The translations under genes and the position numbers were made by a program. From Frankiaceae bacterium (lineage in GTDB: Bacteria; Actinomycetota; Actinomycetes; JAFAQI01): a stretch of 63,355 bases of DNA. Where the stretch lies: NCBI GenBank assembly GCA_030840525.1, contig JAVEEI010000134.1, forward strand, positions 1 through 63,355. The letters run 5' to 3'. Of this stretch, positions 43,902 to 53,120 are shown one piece after another (positions within the stretch are counted from its first letter, which is position 1; every line of letters begins with the position of its first letter). A model generated the notes under the pieces. The model was given only the letters and a program-made list of their open reading frames with translations. It was not told the origin of the DNA and searched no databases.

Positions 43902-46866
43902 CGGCCGGTAACTCCGTCGCCAGGTGCCACGACCGGGGGCCGCGCGCGACGTCGAGCGCGTCCGACCACGGTGCCGGCCGGGCCATGTAGAAACCCTGCA
44001 CGAGGTCGGTGCCGAGCGCGCGCAACGCGAGGTACTGCGCGGCGGTCTCGACGCCTTCCGCGACGACCCGAAGGCCGAGGCTGCGGGCAAGTTGCAGGAT
44101 GGTCTGGACGACGGCGAGCGCGTCGTCGTCCTGCGGAATGCCGGCGATGAAACTCTTGTCGATCTTCAGCTCGTCGACCGGGAAGGCGCGTAGGTAGGCG
44201 AGCGACGAGTAGCCGATGCCGAAGTCGTCGATCGCGAGCCGGACGCCGAGCTCGCGCAGCCGGCGGAGCCGGCGCATGTTCGCCTCGGAGTCGTGCATGA
44301 GCACGCTCTCGGTGATCTCGAGGGTGAGCCGTTGCGGTGCGAGACCGGAGACGGCCAGCGCGTCCCGCACGTGCTCGACGATGTTCGGGTCGGCGAGCTG
44401 CCGGCTCGACAGGTTGATGTTGACCCAGCCGCCGCCGCTCCAGCGCGCCATCGCCGTACAGGCCGCGCGCAACACCCACGCACCGATCGGCACGATCAGG
44501 CCGGAGTCCTCGGCCACCGGGATGAACTCGGCCGGGTCGAGCAACCCGAGATCCGGATGCGACCAGCGCAGCAGCGCTTCCATGCCGAGGACGTCGCCGG
44601 TGTCGAGCGCGATGATCGGCTGGTAGTGCAACACGAACTGCTCGCCGTCGAGCGCTTGCTGCAGCGCGGCCGACAGCTCCATCTGGCGCAGCGCGGCGGC
44701 GTACATCGCCGGCTGGAACACCTCGAACCGCCCGCCGCCGGCGGACTTGGCCCGATACATCGCGACGTCCGCGTTGCGCAGCAGGTCGCCCGCGCTGATG
44801 CCGGACGTCGCGACCGCGATGCCGATGCTCGCGGTCACGGTGACCTGCTGGCCGCCGATCACCATCGGTACGGCGAGTGCGTCGAGCAGCCGTGCGGCCT
44901 GCTGCTGCGGTCGCCCGGCCGGGCAGTCGTCGAGGAGTACGGCGAACTCGTCGCCACCGAGACGGGCGACCGTGTCGCCGCCGCGAACCGCGTCCTCCAG
45001 CCGGTGCGCGACCTCGACCAGCATCTCGTCGCCGACCGCGTGGCCGAGCGAGTCGTTGACCAGCTTGAACCGGTCGAGGTCGAGCAGCAGCACGACCGGC
45101 ATGTCCGCGCCGGTACGCCGGCCCAGCGCGTGCTCGACGCGGTCGTTGAACAGCGCCCGGTTGGACAGGCCGGTAAGGCTGTCGTGGAACGCCTGGTGCC
45201 GCAGTTGCGCGTCCAGCGCGTTGCGGTCGGTGACGTCCTTCACCGCGACGAGGACAGCGTCCCGGCCGGCGAACTCCAGCCGGTGGGACGTGACCTCGAC
45301 GTCGATCAACCGGCCGTCGGCGAGCACGTGCCGGGTGGCCAGCCCGTCGGACCGGCCGCCGGTGTCGGCGGCGAGACTGTCGAGCAGCGGCACGACGTCG
45401 GCGTCCGGGCGGAGGTCGACGATTCGCATGCCGAGGAAGCGCTCGCGGCTGTAGCCGTAGTGGCGTACGGCGGCTTCGTTGACCTCGACGAACGTCAGCG
45501 TCGCCTGGTCGTACACCAACATCGGTTGCGGGTTCGCGGCGAACAGCAGCCGGAATCCGGTCTCGCTGTCCGCGAGCGCCTTGCGCGCGCGGACCTGGTC
45601 GGTCACGTCGCGGGCGATGCCGGCGAACGCCGCGATCTCGCCGTTGCCGTCCCGGATAGGCGACAGCGACAGCGAGACGTCGACGAGCGTTCCGTCCTTG
45701 CGCCGGCGTTGGGTGTCGACCGGTGCGAGCCGTTCGCCCCGGCTGGCTCGGCGCATCAACTCGTCGAGCTCGCCGAGACGTTCGGCCGGCACGAGGCGGC
45801 GGATGTCCGCGCCGAGCATCTCCGCGGCCGTGTACCCGTACATCCGCTCGGCGGCGCCGTTCCACGACAGGACAGTGCCGTCGAGGTCCTGGCCGAGGAT
45901 CGCGTCCGACGACGACTCGACGATCGCCGCGAGCTGCCGCCGTACCCGCTCGGCATGGTGGCGTTCGGTGACGTCGGTGTAGTTGACGACGAGACCGTTG
46001 ACGGCCGGTTCGTGCATGAGGTTGCGCACCCGCGCTTCGCACCAGCGCCAACCGCCCTCCGCGTCGCGCACCCGCAGCTCGACGGTGGCGGTCGCGTCGG
46101 GTCGGTCGAGTGCCGCTAACGCTGCCCGCGCGACGCCGAGGTCGTCGGGGTGTACGTAGTCCAGCCCGTCGCGGCCGAGCCGTTCGGTCGGCTCGTAGCC
46201 GAACACGTCGAGGATCGAGGGGCTGTCCCACCGGATGACCGCGCCGGCATCGACGACGGAGATGACGTCGGTGGACTTTTCGACGAGTGCGCGCAGCCGC
46301 CGTTCGCTGTCCCGGACGGCGGCCTCCGTCGCGAGGAGGCGCGAGGCGACGAGCGAGCCGCTCTCCCCGACGAGCAGGCACACCGGCAGTGCGTACGAGA
46401 GGCCACCGGCGAGGGTGCCGAGATCGTGTACGGCGAAGCCGGGCGCGAGGTACGCGATCACCAGCAACGGCGCCGATTTCAGCGACGTCCCGCTCGGGTG
46501 CATCAGTCCGACCCATGCGTAGACGACGAAGAAGAACACGTCGTAGCGAAGCCCGTTGTCGCCGGCGAACAGGTTGTGCACGCTGATCAAGCCGAGGGCC
46601 AGCGGGATCAGCCACAACGAAGAACTGCGCTGCCACCGTTCCCACGGCAGCGTGCCGATCACGATGCCGGCCAGTGCCGCGACCAGGCCGACCGCGACGA
46701 GGCCGAGCCGATGCACGTGCGGCCCCGCCGGGATCAGCGGCGCGAGGCCGGTGACAAGCAACCCGCACAGGCAGAACAGCACGCTGGAGAGCAGGCCGGC
46801 CATCTTCGCCGTACCGAACTCCGGCAGCGCGAAGCGGCCGGGCTCGAGCCGCATCCGCATCGCCAC
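43891..46866 (-). CDS. membrane sensor, PAS x3 - GGDEF - EAL (diguanylate cyclase/phosphodiesterase)
   Basis: 991 aa with an N-terminal multi-TM region. Intact RLGGDEF with an RGGD I-site, and EAL motifs (MEALLRW, DDFGIGYSS). Confidence 0.9.
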   Translation of the reverse strand: MAMRMRLEPGRFALPEFGTAKMAGLLSSVLFCLCGLLVTGLAPLIPAGPHVHRLGLVAVGLVAALAGIVIGTLPWERWQRSSSLWLIPLALGLISVHNLFAGDNGLRYDVFFFVVYAWVGLMHPSGTSLKSAPLLVIAYLAPGFAVHDLGTLAGGLSYALPVCLLVGESGSLVASRLLATEAAVRDSERRLRALVEKSTDVISVVDAGAVIRWDSPSILDVFGYEPTERLGRDGLDYVHPDDLGVARAALAALDRPDATATVELRVRDAEGGWRWCEARVRNLMHEPAVNGLVVNYTDVTERHHAERVRRQLAAIVESSSDAILGQDLDGTVLSWNGAAERMYGYTAAEMLGADIRRLVPAERLGELDELMRRASRGERLAPVDTQRRRKDGTLVDVSLSLSPIRDGNGEIAAFAGIARDVTDQVRARKALADSETGFRLLFAANPQPMLVYDQATLTFVEVNEAAVRHYGYSRERFLGMRIVDLRPDADVVPLLDSLAADTGGRSDGLATRHVLADGRLIDVEVTSHRLEFAGRDAVLVAVKDVTDRNALDAQLRHQAFHDSLTGLSNRALFNDRVEHALGRRTGADMPVVLLLDLDRFKLVNDSLGHAVGDEMLVEVAHRLEDAVRGGDTVARLGGDEFAVLLDDCPAGRPQQQAARLLDALAVPMVIGGQQVTVTASIGIAVATSGISAGDLLRNADVAMYRAKSAGGGRFEVFQPAMYAAALRQMELSAALQQALDGEQFVLHYQPIIALDTGDVLGMEALLRWSHPDLGLLDPAEFIPVAEDSGLIVPIGAWVLRAACTAMARWSGGGWVNINLSSRQLADPNIVEHVRDALAVSGLAPQRLTLEITESVLMHDSEANMRRLRRLRELGVRLAIDDFGIGYSSLAYLRAFPVDELKIDKSFIAGIPQDDDALAVVQTILQLARSLGLRVVAEGVETAAQYLALRALGTDLVQGFYMARPAPWSDALDVARGPRSWHLATELPAVSR

Positions 46867-47013
46867 CGCTCACGACCAATCGGCACATTCGGGTCGAGTG
46901 CCGCTCGGTCTTTATCGGCCATCGCCGTGCCGCGTGTCAGCGTTCGCGTGCGTAATCCCCGCAACGGACGATGCGGCCTTAGTTCCTCTGCGCGACGCCG
47001 TAGTCCGTTGTCG

Positions 47014-47616
47014 TCACATCGGCGGGGAGTGCGTGTGCCGCTGTGTCACCCGGTGGGTGAAGTAGTCCGGTGCGTGCCCTAGTGCCGCTTCGCCGAGGTC
47101 GGTGCGCTCGCCGCTGACCCACAGCCGCGGCCAGCCGCGGGCGGCGACGTACCCGCCCGCGACGGCGAACAGCTTGCGGCCGATGCCGCGGCGGCGATGC
47201 TCCGGCCCGACGTAGAGCTGGTGGATCTGCCCGTTCGCCGGCCACCACCGGATGGCAGCGACCTGCGCGTCGCTGCGGACCGGCATCGCCGTGAACGTCG
47301 GGTTGTCGATGACCGTCCCGTCCGCGAGGTCGGCCGAGGCGTACGCGATCAGCACCATCGCCGGCGGGTCCGCCGCGGTCTCGGGCACCTCGACGTACCA
47401 CAGCGGCGGCGCGCCGCCGGCGAGCTCGGTAGCGATGGCGATGCGGGTCACCCGCCCTGCGGGGTCGAGTTGCGCGGTGATGACCGGCGGGCGCGGCGGC
47501 TCGCCGTCGAGGTCGACGAGCGTGCCGTCCGGGTGCTCGTCACCCGGTACGACGAGGACCTCGTGCGCACCGGGTGGGGACGCCGCCGGGCGGCGCCCCC
47601 ACCACAGGCCGGACAC
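47014..47616 (-). CDS. GNAT-family N-acetyltransferase
   Basis: QLYVGPEHRRRGIGRKLF acetyl-CoA loop. The start is uncertain; GTG 47616, 8 nt after the upstream stop, was chosen. Confidence 0.6.
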   Translation of the reverse strand: MSGLWWGRRPAASPPGAHEVLVVPGDEHPDGTLVDLDGEPPRPPVITAQLDPAGRVTRIAIATELAGGAPPLWYVEVPETAADPPAMVLIAYASADLADGTVIDNPTFTAMPVRSDAQVAAIRWWPANGQIHQLYVGPEHRRRGIGRKLFAVAGGYVAARGWPRLWVSGERTDLGEAALGHAPDYFTHRVTQRHTHSPPM

Positions 47617-47624
47617 GGTGTCGG

Positions 47625-49055
47625 CTAGTGCGCGCGCTGCCGGCCGTAGCGGCGGCGGCGGCCGGCGAAGAGCAGCAGCCCGCCGAGCGAAAGCGCACCG
47701 GTGCCGAGCTCGGCTTCGATCCACGACGCCTGACCGGTCATCGCCAGCCGGTCACCGAGCACGCCGGTGCGGATGACGGTGACCGTCACGGTCGCGGTGT
47801 CGGTGCCGCCCAACGCGTTGCGGACCGCATACGTGAACGTGTCGGTGCCGGAGAAGCCGGTGTTGGGCTTGTACGTCACCGTGCCGTCGGGGTTGGCGAC
47901 CGCGGTGCCGTGGTGCGCCTTGCCGACCGACGCGATCGTCAGCGGCGCCGACACGGCCGTGTCGTTGTGGAGCACCTTGACGACCGCCGCCTTGTTCTCC
48001 GCCGTTGACGTGGAGTCGTTGACCGCGGTCGGCGGCAGCGGCGCCAGCTTGACGTGGACGTCGTACTCCTTGCCCGCGTCGCTCGCCTTCGTGACCGCCG
48101 GCACCTTCACCGCGAGCGGTGCGCCGAGCGGAGCGAACCCGGTCGGTGACGTCTTCTGGGTCAGCCCGAAGTTGCCGCCCTGGTAGATGCCGGGGAACGT
48201 CAGGTGCCCCGACCCGTCGGTCTTCGCGGTGCCGAGCTTGGTCTTCCCCTGGCTCAGGGCGAACGTCGTGTTGGCGAGCGGCTTGCCGGTGGCCTTGTTG
48301 GTGAGGTTGAGGCCGATCGGCCGCCAGGCGCCCGGCACCTTGACGGTGATGGAGTTGCTGCAGATCAGCACCGGCGGGCTGGACGGGACGGTGAGACAGC
48401 CGACCGGGATGTTCGGCGGCAGCGCGTGCGCGCTGAAGTTCGTCGCGAAGTTCGGCCCGAGCCGAGGCAGGCTCGACGAGACCGTGTCGGTGACGCTGGC
48501 CGGCGGGAGGAAGCCGCTCGGCAGCGTCGAGCCCGCGGCGTTGTAGTTGATCGTGAACGGCTGGTCGATCTGCAGCGGCGCGTCGAGGTTGCCGCACGGC
48601 GTCAGCGGGTCGGTCGGGCCGGACGAGTCGTTGTTGCAGGCGATGTCGACGTCTTGCGTGGTCACGCCGTCGCTCATCGTCTGGTGGAAGTTGAACGTCA
48701 CCTTGGTGAGGTCCGGGGTCATGCCGGCCGGGAACGTGCCGGCCTGCGGCTCGACGTAGACGACTTCCTTGCCCCCGCCGAACGTCGGGGTGGCCTGCTG
48801 GCCGGTGCCCGCGACCACGGGCAGGCCCTGGTTCGACAGGATGTCGCGCGGGCTCAGGTGGTTGGCGAGCCCGGTGTGGATCGCGTTGACGATCGCGCGG
48901 TACGTCGACTTGGCCGGCACCGGCAGCCGGTGCGCGCCCGTCGAGCCCGAGGCCGCGGCCGGCCCGGCGAAGCCGATGGTCGTGAGCGCGGTGACCGACA
49001 AGACCGTGATGCCCGGCTTGACCCAAGCTGCCGTGGGCAGGCTGACGCGTTGCAT
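47625..49055 (-). CDS. LAxTG-anchored surface adhesin (SpaA/CnaB-like plus cadherin-like Ig domains)
   Basis: Signal peptide from ATG 49055. NLTNKATGKPLANTTFAL...DGSGHLTF (prealbumin/CnaB-like) and VNDSTST...VLHNDT...GFSGTDTFTY (cadherin-like). C-terminal LAMTG, then a hydrophobic stretch and RRRR sorting signal. Confidence 0.8.
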   Translation of the reverse strand: MQRVSLPTAAWVKPGITVLSVTALTTIGFAGPAAASGSTGAHRLPVPAKSTYRAIVNAIHTGLANHLSPRDILSNQGLPVVAGTGQQATPTFGGGKEVVYVEPQAGTFPAGMTPDLTKVTFNFHQTMSDGVTTQDVDIACNNDSSGPTDPLTPCGNLDAPLQIDQPFTINYNAAGSTLPSGFLPPASVTDTVSSSLPRLGPNFATNFSAHALPPNIPVGCLTVPSSPPVLICSNSITVKVPGAWRPIGLNLTNKATGKPLANTTFALSQGKTKLGTAKTDGSGHLTFPGIYQGGNFGLTQKTSPTGFAPLGAPLAVKVPAVTKASDAGKEYDVHVKLAPLPPTAVNDSTSTAENKAAVVKVLHNDTAVSAPLTIASVGKAHHGTAVANPDGTVTYKPNTGFSGTDTFTYAVRNALGGTDTATVTVTVIRTGVLGDRLAMTGQASWIEAELGTGALSLGGLLLFAGRRRRYGRQRAH

Positions 49056-49142
49056 GACGAACCCCCGTCCGTGGCTCCCCTGCGAAGCCGTGTGCAACGT
49101 AGCCCTTCGCGGGCCGCAGGTTTGGCGAAACGCGCGAATTCG

Positions 49143-51356
49143 TCAGCCGACGCGCTGCGGCGGCACACCCTCGTCGCCGTAGCTGAACAGCGGTCCCGAG
49201 CGGTCGCTCTCGAGCAGCCGCGAGATGTGCGACGGCGGCTGCGGCGTGGTGAAGAAGTACCCCTGCGCGAGGTCGCAGCCGAGCCGGCGCAGCGCGCGTA
49301 GCTGGTCGAGGTTCTCGACGCCTTCGGCGATGGTCGTCAACCGCAGTGCACGAGCCATGCCGGCGACCGCCGCGACGATCGCCGAGTCGTCGCCGTCGAC
49401 CGCGAGCCCGTCGACGAACGACCGGTCGATCTTCACCGCGTCGACCGGCAACCGCTTGAGGTAGGACAGCGACGAGTAGCCGGTGCCGAAGTCGTCGACC
49501 GCGAGCCGGACGCCGAGCTCGCGCAGCGACGACAGTGCGGTGACCGCGCCCTCGGCGTCTTCGAGCAGCGCGCTCTCGGTGATCTCGAGGCCGAGCTGCG
49601 ACGCCTCGACCCCGTGCCGCCGCAACGACGACGCGACCAGGTCGACGAGGCCCGGGTCGCCGAGCTGCCGGGCGGAGAGGTTGACCCATACGGCGACCGC
49701 GGCGCCGTCGTGGCGCGCGGCGGACCACGCGGCCGCCTGCGCGAGTGCGGTGTCGAGCACCCACTCGCCGATACCGGCGATGAGCCCGGTCTGCTCGGCC
49801 AGCGGGATGAACTCGGCCGGCGGGACGAGGCCGCGCTCGGGGTGGTGCCAGCGCACCAGCGCCTCGACGCCGGTGACGTGCCCGGTACGCAGGTCGACCT
49901 CGGGCTGGTAGACGACCCGGAACTCGTGCTCGGTGAGCGCGCGGTGCAGGTCGTTCGCCGTACGCAGCCGGTGCACGGCGGTCGCGCGGTAGTCCTCGAC
50001 GAACAGCTCGCTGCGCGCGCGGCCGCGGTCTTTCGCCCGGTGCAGGGCTGCGTCGGCGTCGCGCAGCAACGTCTCCGCGGTGGCCAGCGTGCCGCCGGAC
50101 CCCGACAGCGCGATGCCGGCCGACACACTGACGAACACCTCGTCGCCGTCGAGCTGGAACGGCGTCGACATCGTCGAGTTGATGTGGTCGGCGATCGCCA
50201 GTGCGTCCGCCTCGCCGGTGACCCCGGGCACGAGCAGGCAGAAGACGTCGCCGCCGAAGCGGGCGAGCAGGTCGGTCGGCCCGGCGACGCTCTTCAGCCG
50301 GTCGGTGACGAGCCGCAGCATGAGGTCGCCGGACGCGTGCCCGAACGAGTCGTTGACCAGCTTGAAGTGGTCGAGCCCGAGCAGCAGTACGGCGACCTGG
50401 TGCGACTGTTCGAGCGCCGCCTCCATCGACGTGCCGAGTGCGTCGACGAGGACCGCGCGGCCGGGCAGCCCGGTGAGGGCGTCGTACAGGCTGGCCTGCA
50501 CGAGCTGCTCTTCGAACGCGCGCTGCTCGGACAGGTCGCGGGTGATCGAGGAGTAGTAGTCGATCGACCCGTCGGGGCGGCGGTGCGCGACGACGACCTG
50601 CGAGACCGGCACCTCCGAGCCGTCCGGCAGCAGCAGGTCGACCTCGCCGGTCCAGACGCCGACCTTGTTGGCGGTCGGCAGCGCCTCGCCGATGAAGCGG
50701 GCGCGCGACGACGGCGCGTAGACGTCGATCGCTTGCAGCGCAAGCACTTCTTCGTCGGTCGTGACGCCGAAGCGGGCGCGGGCCGCGGCGTTCGCGTAGG
50801 TGAAGGCACCCTTGGTGTCGACCATCGCGACGAGGTCCGGGGTCGCTTCGAGGATCTCGCCGAACCGGCGCAGGTCGGCGATCGCCGTCGTCTCCTCGGT
50901 GACGTCGACCGTCGAGCCGACCCAGCTCGTCACCTCGCCGTCGGCGTCGAGCAGCGGGCGCGCGTCGACGTGCACCCAACGCACCGACCCGTCGTCCATC
51001 CGCCGGATCCGGAACGTGATGTGCACGTCGGTCTTGGCCTCGGCCGCCGCGCGCCACTCGCGCTGGAGCAGCGCCATGTCGGGCTCGTAGACCAGCCACG
51101 CCCGCGCGTCGCCGGGCGCGACGGTCGGGTCGCCGGTGATCTCGGTGAGCTTCGGGTTGACGTAGAGCCGGCGGCCCTCGGTGTCGACGTGGAAGATCCC
51201 GGCCGGCACGGTCTCGGCCATCATCCGCAGCCGCGACTCGCTCTCGGCGAGCATCGCGGTCGTCGCGGCGAGCCGCCTGCGGTCGCGGCGGCTGACGCCG
51301 AGGACGGCGGCGAGCACGATCACGGCAGCGAATGCCACCACGGTGATCGTGATCAT
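49143..51356 (-). CDS. TM - PAS x2 - degenerate GGDEF - EAL protein (probable c-di-GMP phosphodiesterase)
   Basis: 737 aa. The A-site reads RFGGDVF, and the I-site position is GPTD rather than RxxD. EAL motifs are intact (VEALVRW, DDFGTGYSS, EGVE). Confidence 0.9.
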   Translation of the reverse strand: MITITVVAFAAVIVLAAVLGVSRRDRRRLAATTAMLAESESRLRMMAETVPAGIFHVDTEGRRLYVNPKLTEITGDPTVAPGDARAWLVYEPDMALLQREWRAAAEAKTDVHITFRIRRMDDGSVRWVHVDARPLLDADGEVTSWVGSTVDVTEETTAIADLRRFGEILEATPDLVAMVDTKGAFTYANAAARARFGVTTDEEVLALQAIDVYAPSSRARFIGEALPTANKVGVWTGEVDLLLPDGSEVPVSQVVVAHRRPDGSIDYYSSITRDLSEQRAFEEQLVQASLYDALTGLPGRAVLVDALGTSMEAALEQSHQVAVLLLGLDHFKLVNDSFGHASGDLMLRLVTDRLKSVAGPTDLLARFGGDVFCLLVPGVTGEADALAIADHINSTMSTPFQLDGDEVFVSVSAGIALSGSGGTLATAETLLRDADAALHRAKDRGRARSELFVEDYRATAVHRLRTANDLHRALTEHEFRVVYQPEVDLRTGHVTGVEALVRWHHPERGLVPPAEFIPLAEQTGLIAGIGEWVLDTALAQAAAWSAARHDGAAVAVWVNLSARQLGDPGLVDLVASSLRRHGVEASQLGLEITESALLEDAEGAVTALSSLRELGVRLAVDDFGTGYSSLSYLKRLPVDAVKIDRSFVDGLAVDGDDSAIVAAVAGMARALRLTTIAEGVENLDQLRALRRLGCDLAQGYFFTTPQPPSHISRLLESDRSGPLFSYGDEGVPPQRVG

Positions 51357-51690
51357 GCGCTCTACTTCGCCTTTGCGCGGGGGGAAAGTTCACGAAGGCC
51401 CGGCGGGCCCCGTCGGTGCGAGTGCGAAAACCACGGTCAGCGTAAGGCGGGCCGACCCACACCATTGGCTACTGGCGGGAAATGAGTAGCCCGGACTAGG
51501 CCACGTTGTCCCTTATAGGTAAGGTCTCGTCCGCGATGTCGGAATTACCCCGACTCCGGTCAAGACCCGGTCGCCATCCGCCGAGACATCACCAGTGACC
51601 TCGAGTCACAGCAGCCACAGCCGCACCCGCCGTCACGGCGCGCCACTTGGCCGCCGGCGGCAGGCCAGATCGAAAGGAGCCCGGTCTCCG

Positions 51691-52956
51691 ATGCTCGTCG
51701 CCCGACGCGCCGCCACCGCCGTCCTGGTCGGAGTCCTCGGCTTCGGCTCGTTCGCGGCCGCCGGCCCGAGCGCCCCGGCCGCCCCGACGGCCAACTGCGC
51801 GGCGGTCGCACTCGGCAGTCACGGCCCTGCGGTGCAGACGCTGCAGCGCGCCGTCGGTGCGACCCCGGACGGCGACTTCGGCCCGCTGACGCAGAAGGCG
51901 GTCACCTCCTGGCAGGCGGCGCACAAGGTCAAGGCGACCGGCGTGGTCGACGCGGCGACCTGGAAGGCGCTGCCGGTCGCGGACGCGGTCGCCGCCTGCC
52001 GCCAGCAGGTCAAGGGCTCTGGCGTGACCTCGACCTGTACGACGCTGACCCGCAACGACACCGGCCCGGCCGTCGCCGTGCTGCAGAACGCCATCCGTGC
52101 GACCGGCCCGAAGATCGTCGTCGACGCGCAGTACGGCGACCAGACTCGGGCCGCGGTCGTCGCGCTCCAGACCGCCCGCAAGCTGCCGGCGAGCGGCGTC
52201 GTCGACGCCGCGACCTGGGCCGCTCTCGGGCTCACCGGTACGCCGGCCTGCATGCTCGCCGCGGCGCCCGCCGCCGTCGTCACCCCCGCCCCGCCCGCCG
52301 ACGCGGCCGCCCAGGCGGCCATCCGGGCACAGGTCACGAAGCTCGCCGCGGCGCTCCCCTCCGCTCCCGGCACCACGACCAGCCCGGTCGCCCAGCAGGC
52401 GGTCGCGTTCGCGAAGGCCCAGACCGGCAAGCCCTACAAGTGGGGCGCCACCGGGCCGGCGTCGTACGACTGCTCGGGGCTGGTGCTCGCGGCGTACCGC
52501 GCGGCGGGGATCACCACCCCGCGGGTCGCCGCGGACCAGTACGGCACCGGCGTCTCGGTGCCGCTCGACAAGGCGCAGGCCGGCGACCTGCTGTTCTACG
52601 CCGGCGACGTCGCGAAGCCGGCCACGATCTACCACGTCGTCATCTACCTCGGCGCCGGCAAGATCATCGACGCCCCGTACACCGGCGCGTTCGTCGGCGC
52701 CCGCTCGCTCTGGACCAAGGACCTGCTGCCGGTGGCCTGGCGCCCGGTGGCCTCGCTGGCGCTGCCGACGAAGCCCGGCGCGACCGGCTGGACGGTCGCG
52801 CAGCTCCAGCAGGCGCTCGACCGGCACGGCGCGAAGCTCGCGGTGGACGGCGGGTATGGCGCCGCGACGCTGTCCGCGGTGAAGGCGTGGCAGCAGGCAC
52901 ACAAGCTGGCGGCGAACGGCGTCGTCGACGTCACGACCTGGCTCACGCTCGGCTGA
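51691..52956 (+). CDS. NlpC/P60 peptidoglycan endopeptidase with three PG_binding_1 repeats
   Basis: RBS GAAAGGAG, then ATG 51691 and a signal peptide. Three PGBD repeats (GPAVQTLQ...DGDFGP). Catalytic YKWGATGPASYDCSGLV ... HVVIYLG. Confidence 0.9.
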   Translation: MLVARRAATAVLVGVLGFGSFAAAGPSAPAAPTANCAAVALGSHGPAVQTLQRAVGATPDGDFGPLTQKAVTSWQAAHKVKATGVVDAATWKALPVADAVAACRQQVKGSGVTSTCTTLTRNDTGPAVAVLQNAIRATGPKIVVDAQYGDQTRAAVVALQTARKLPASGVVDAATWAALGLTGTPACMLAAAPAAVVTPAPPADAAAQAAIRAQVTKLAAALPSAPGTTTSPVAQQAVAFAKAQTGKPYKWGATGPASYDCSGLVLAAYRAAGITTPRVAADQYGTGVSVPLDKAQAGDLLFYAGDVAKPATIYHVVIYLGAGKIIDAPYTGAFVGARSLWTKDLLPVAWRPVASLALPTKPGATGWTVAQLQQALDRHGAKLAVDGGYGAATLSAVKAWQQAHKLAANGVVDVTTWLTLG

Positions 52957-52973
52957 GACCCCGCTGGGCCGGT

Positions 52974-52993
52974 CCGCCCGCTAGCTCGGGCGG
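52974..52993 (+). terminator. hairpin after the NlpC/P60 gene
   Basis: CCGCCCG-ctagct-CGGGCGG, 18 nt after the stop. No U-tract, which is common in high-GC actinobacteria. Confidence 0.4.
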
Positions 52994-53120
52994 CAGAAAA
53001 TCCTTGCTGCGCCACGTTTCAGCCGCGTCTATCCTTCGGTAGAACACAAGCAGACCCGACCGGTCTGTCCGGACGGGTGCTCGTCATTCGGGTTAACGAG
53101 GGACAGCGGAGGGTCCAGCC

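Noticed and set aside
51357-51690. 334-nt region upstream of the NlpC/P60 gene, as a possible ydaO-type c-di-AMP riboswitch (common before actinobacterial wall hydrolases).
   Set aside because: I could not find the conserved cores I remember (GGGGUGAA-like and ACCCG...AGCUAACC-like segments). There are only small local hairpins (for example GGCTACT...AGTAGCC). Part of the region must also be the promoter of the divergent GGDEF-EAL gene. A cmscan against RF00379 would settle it.
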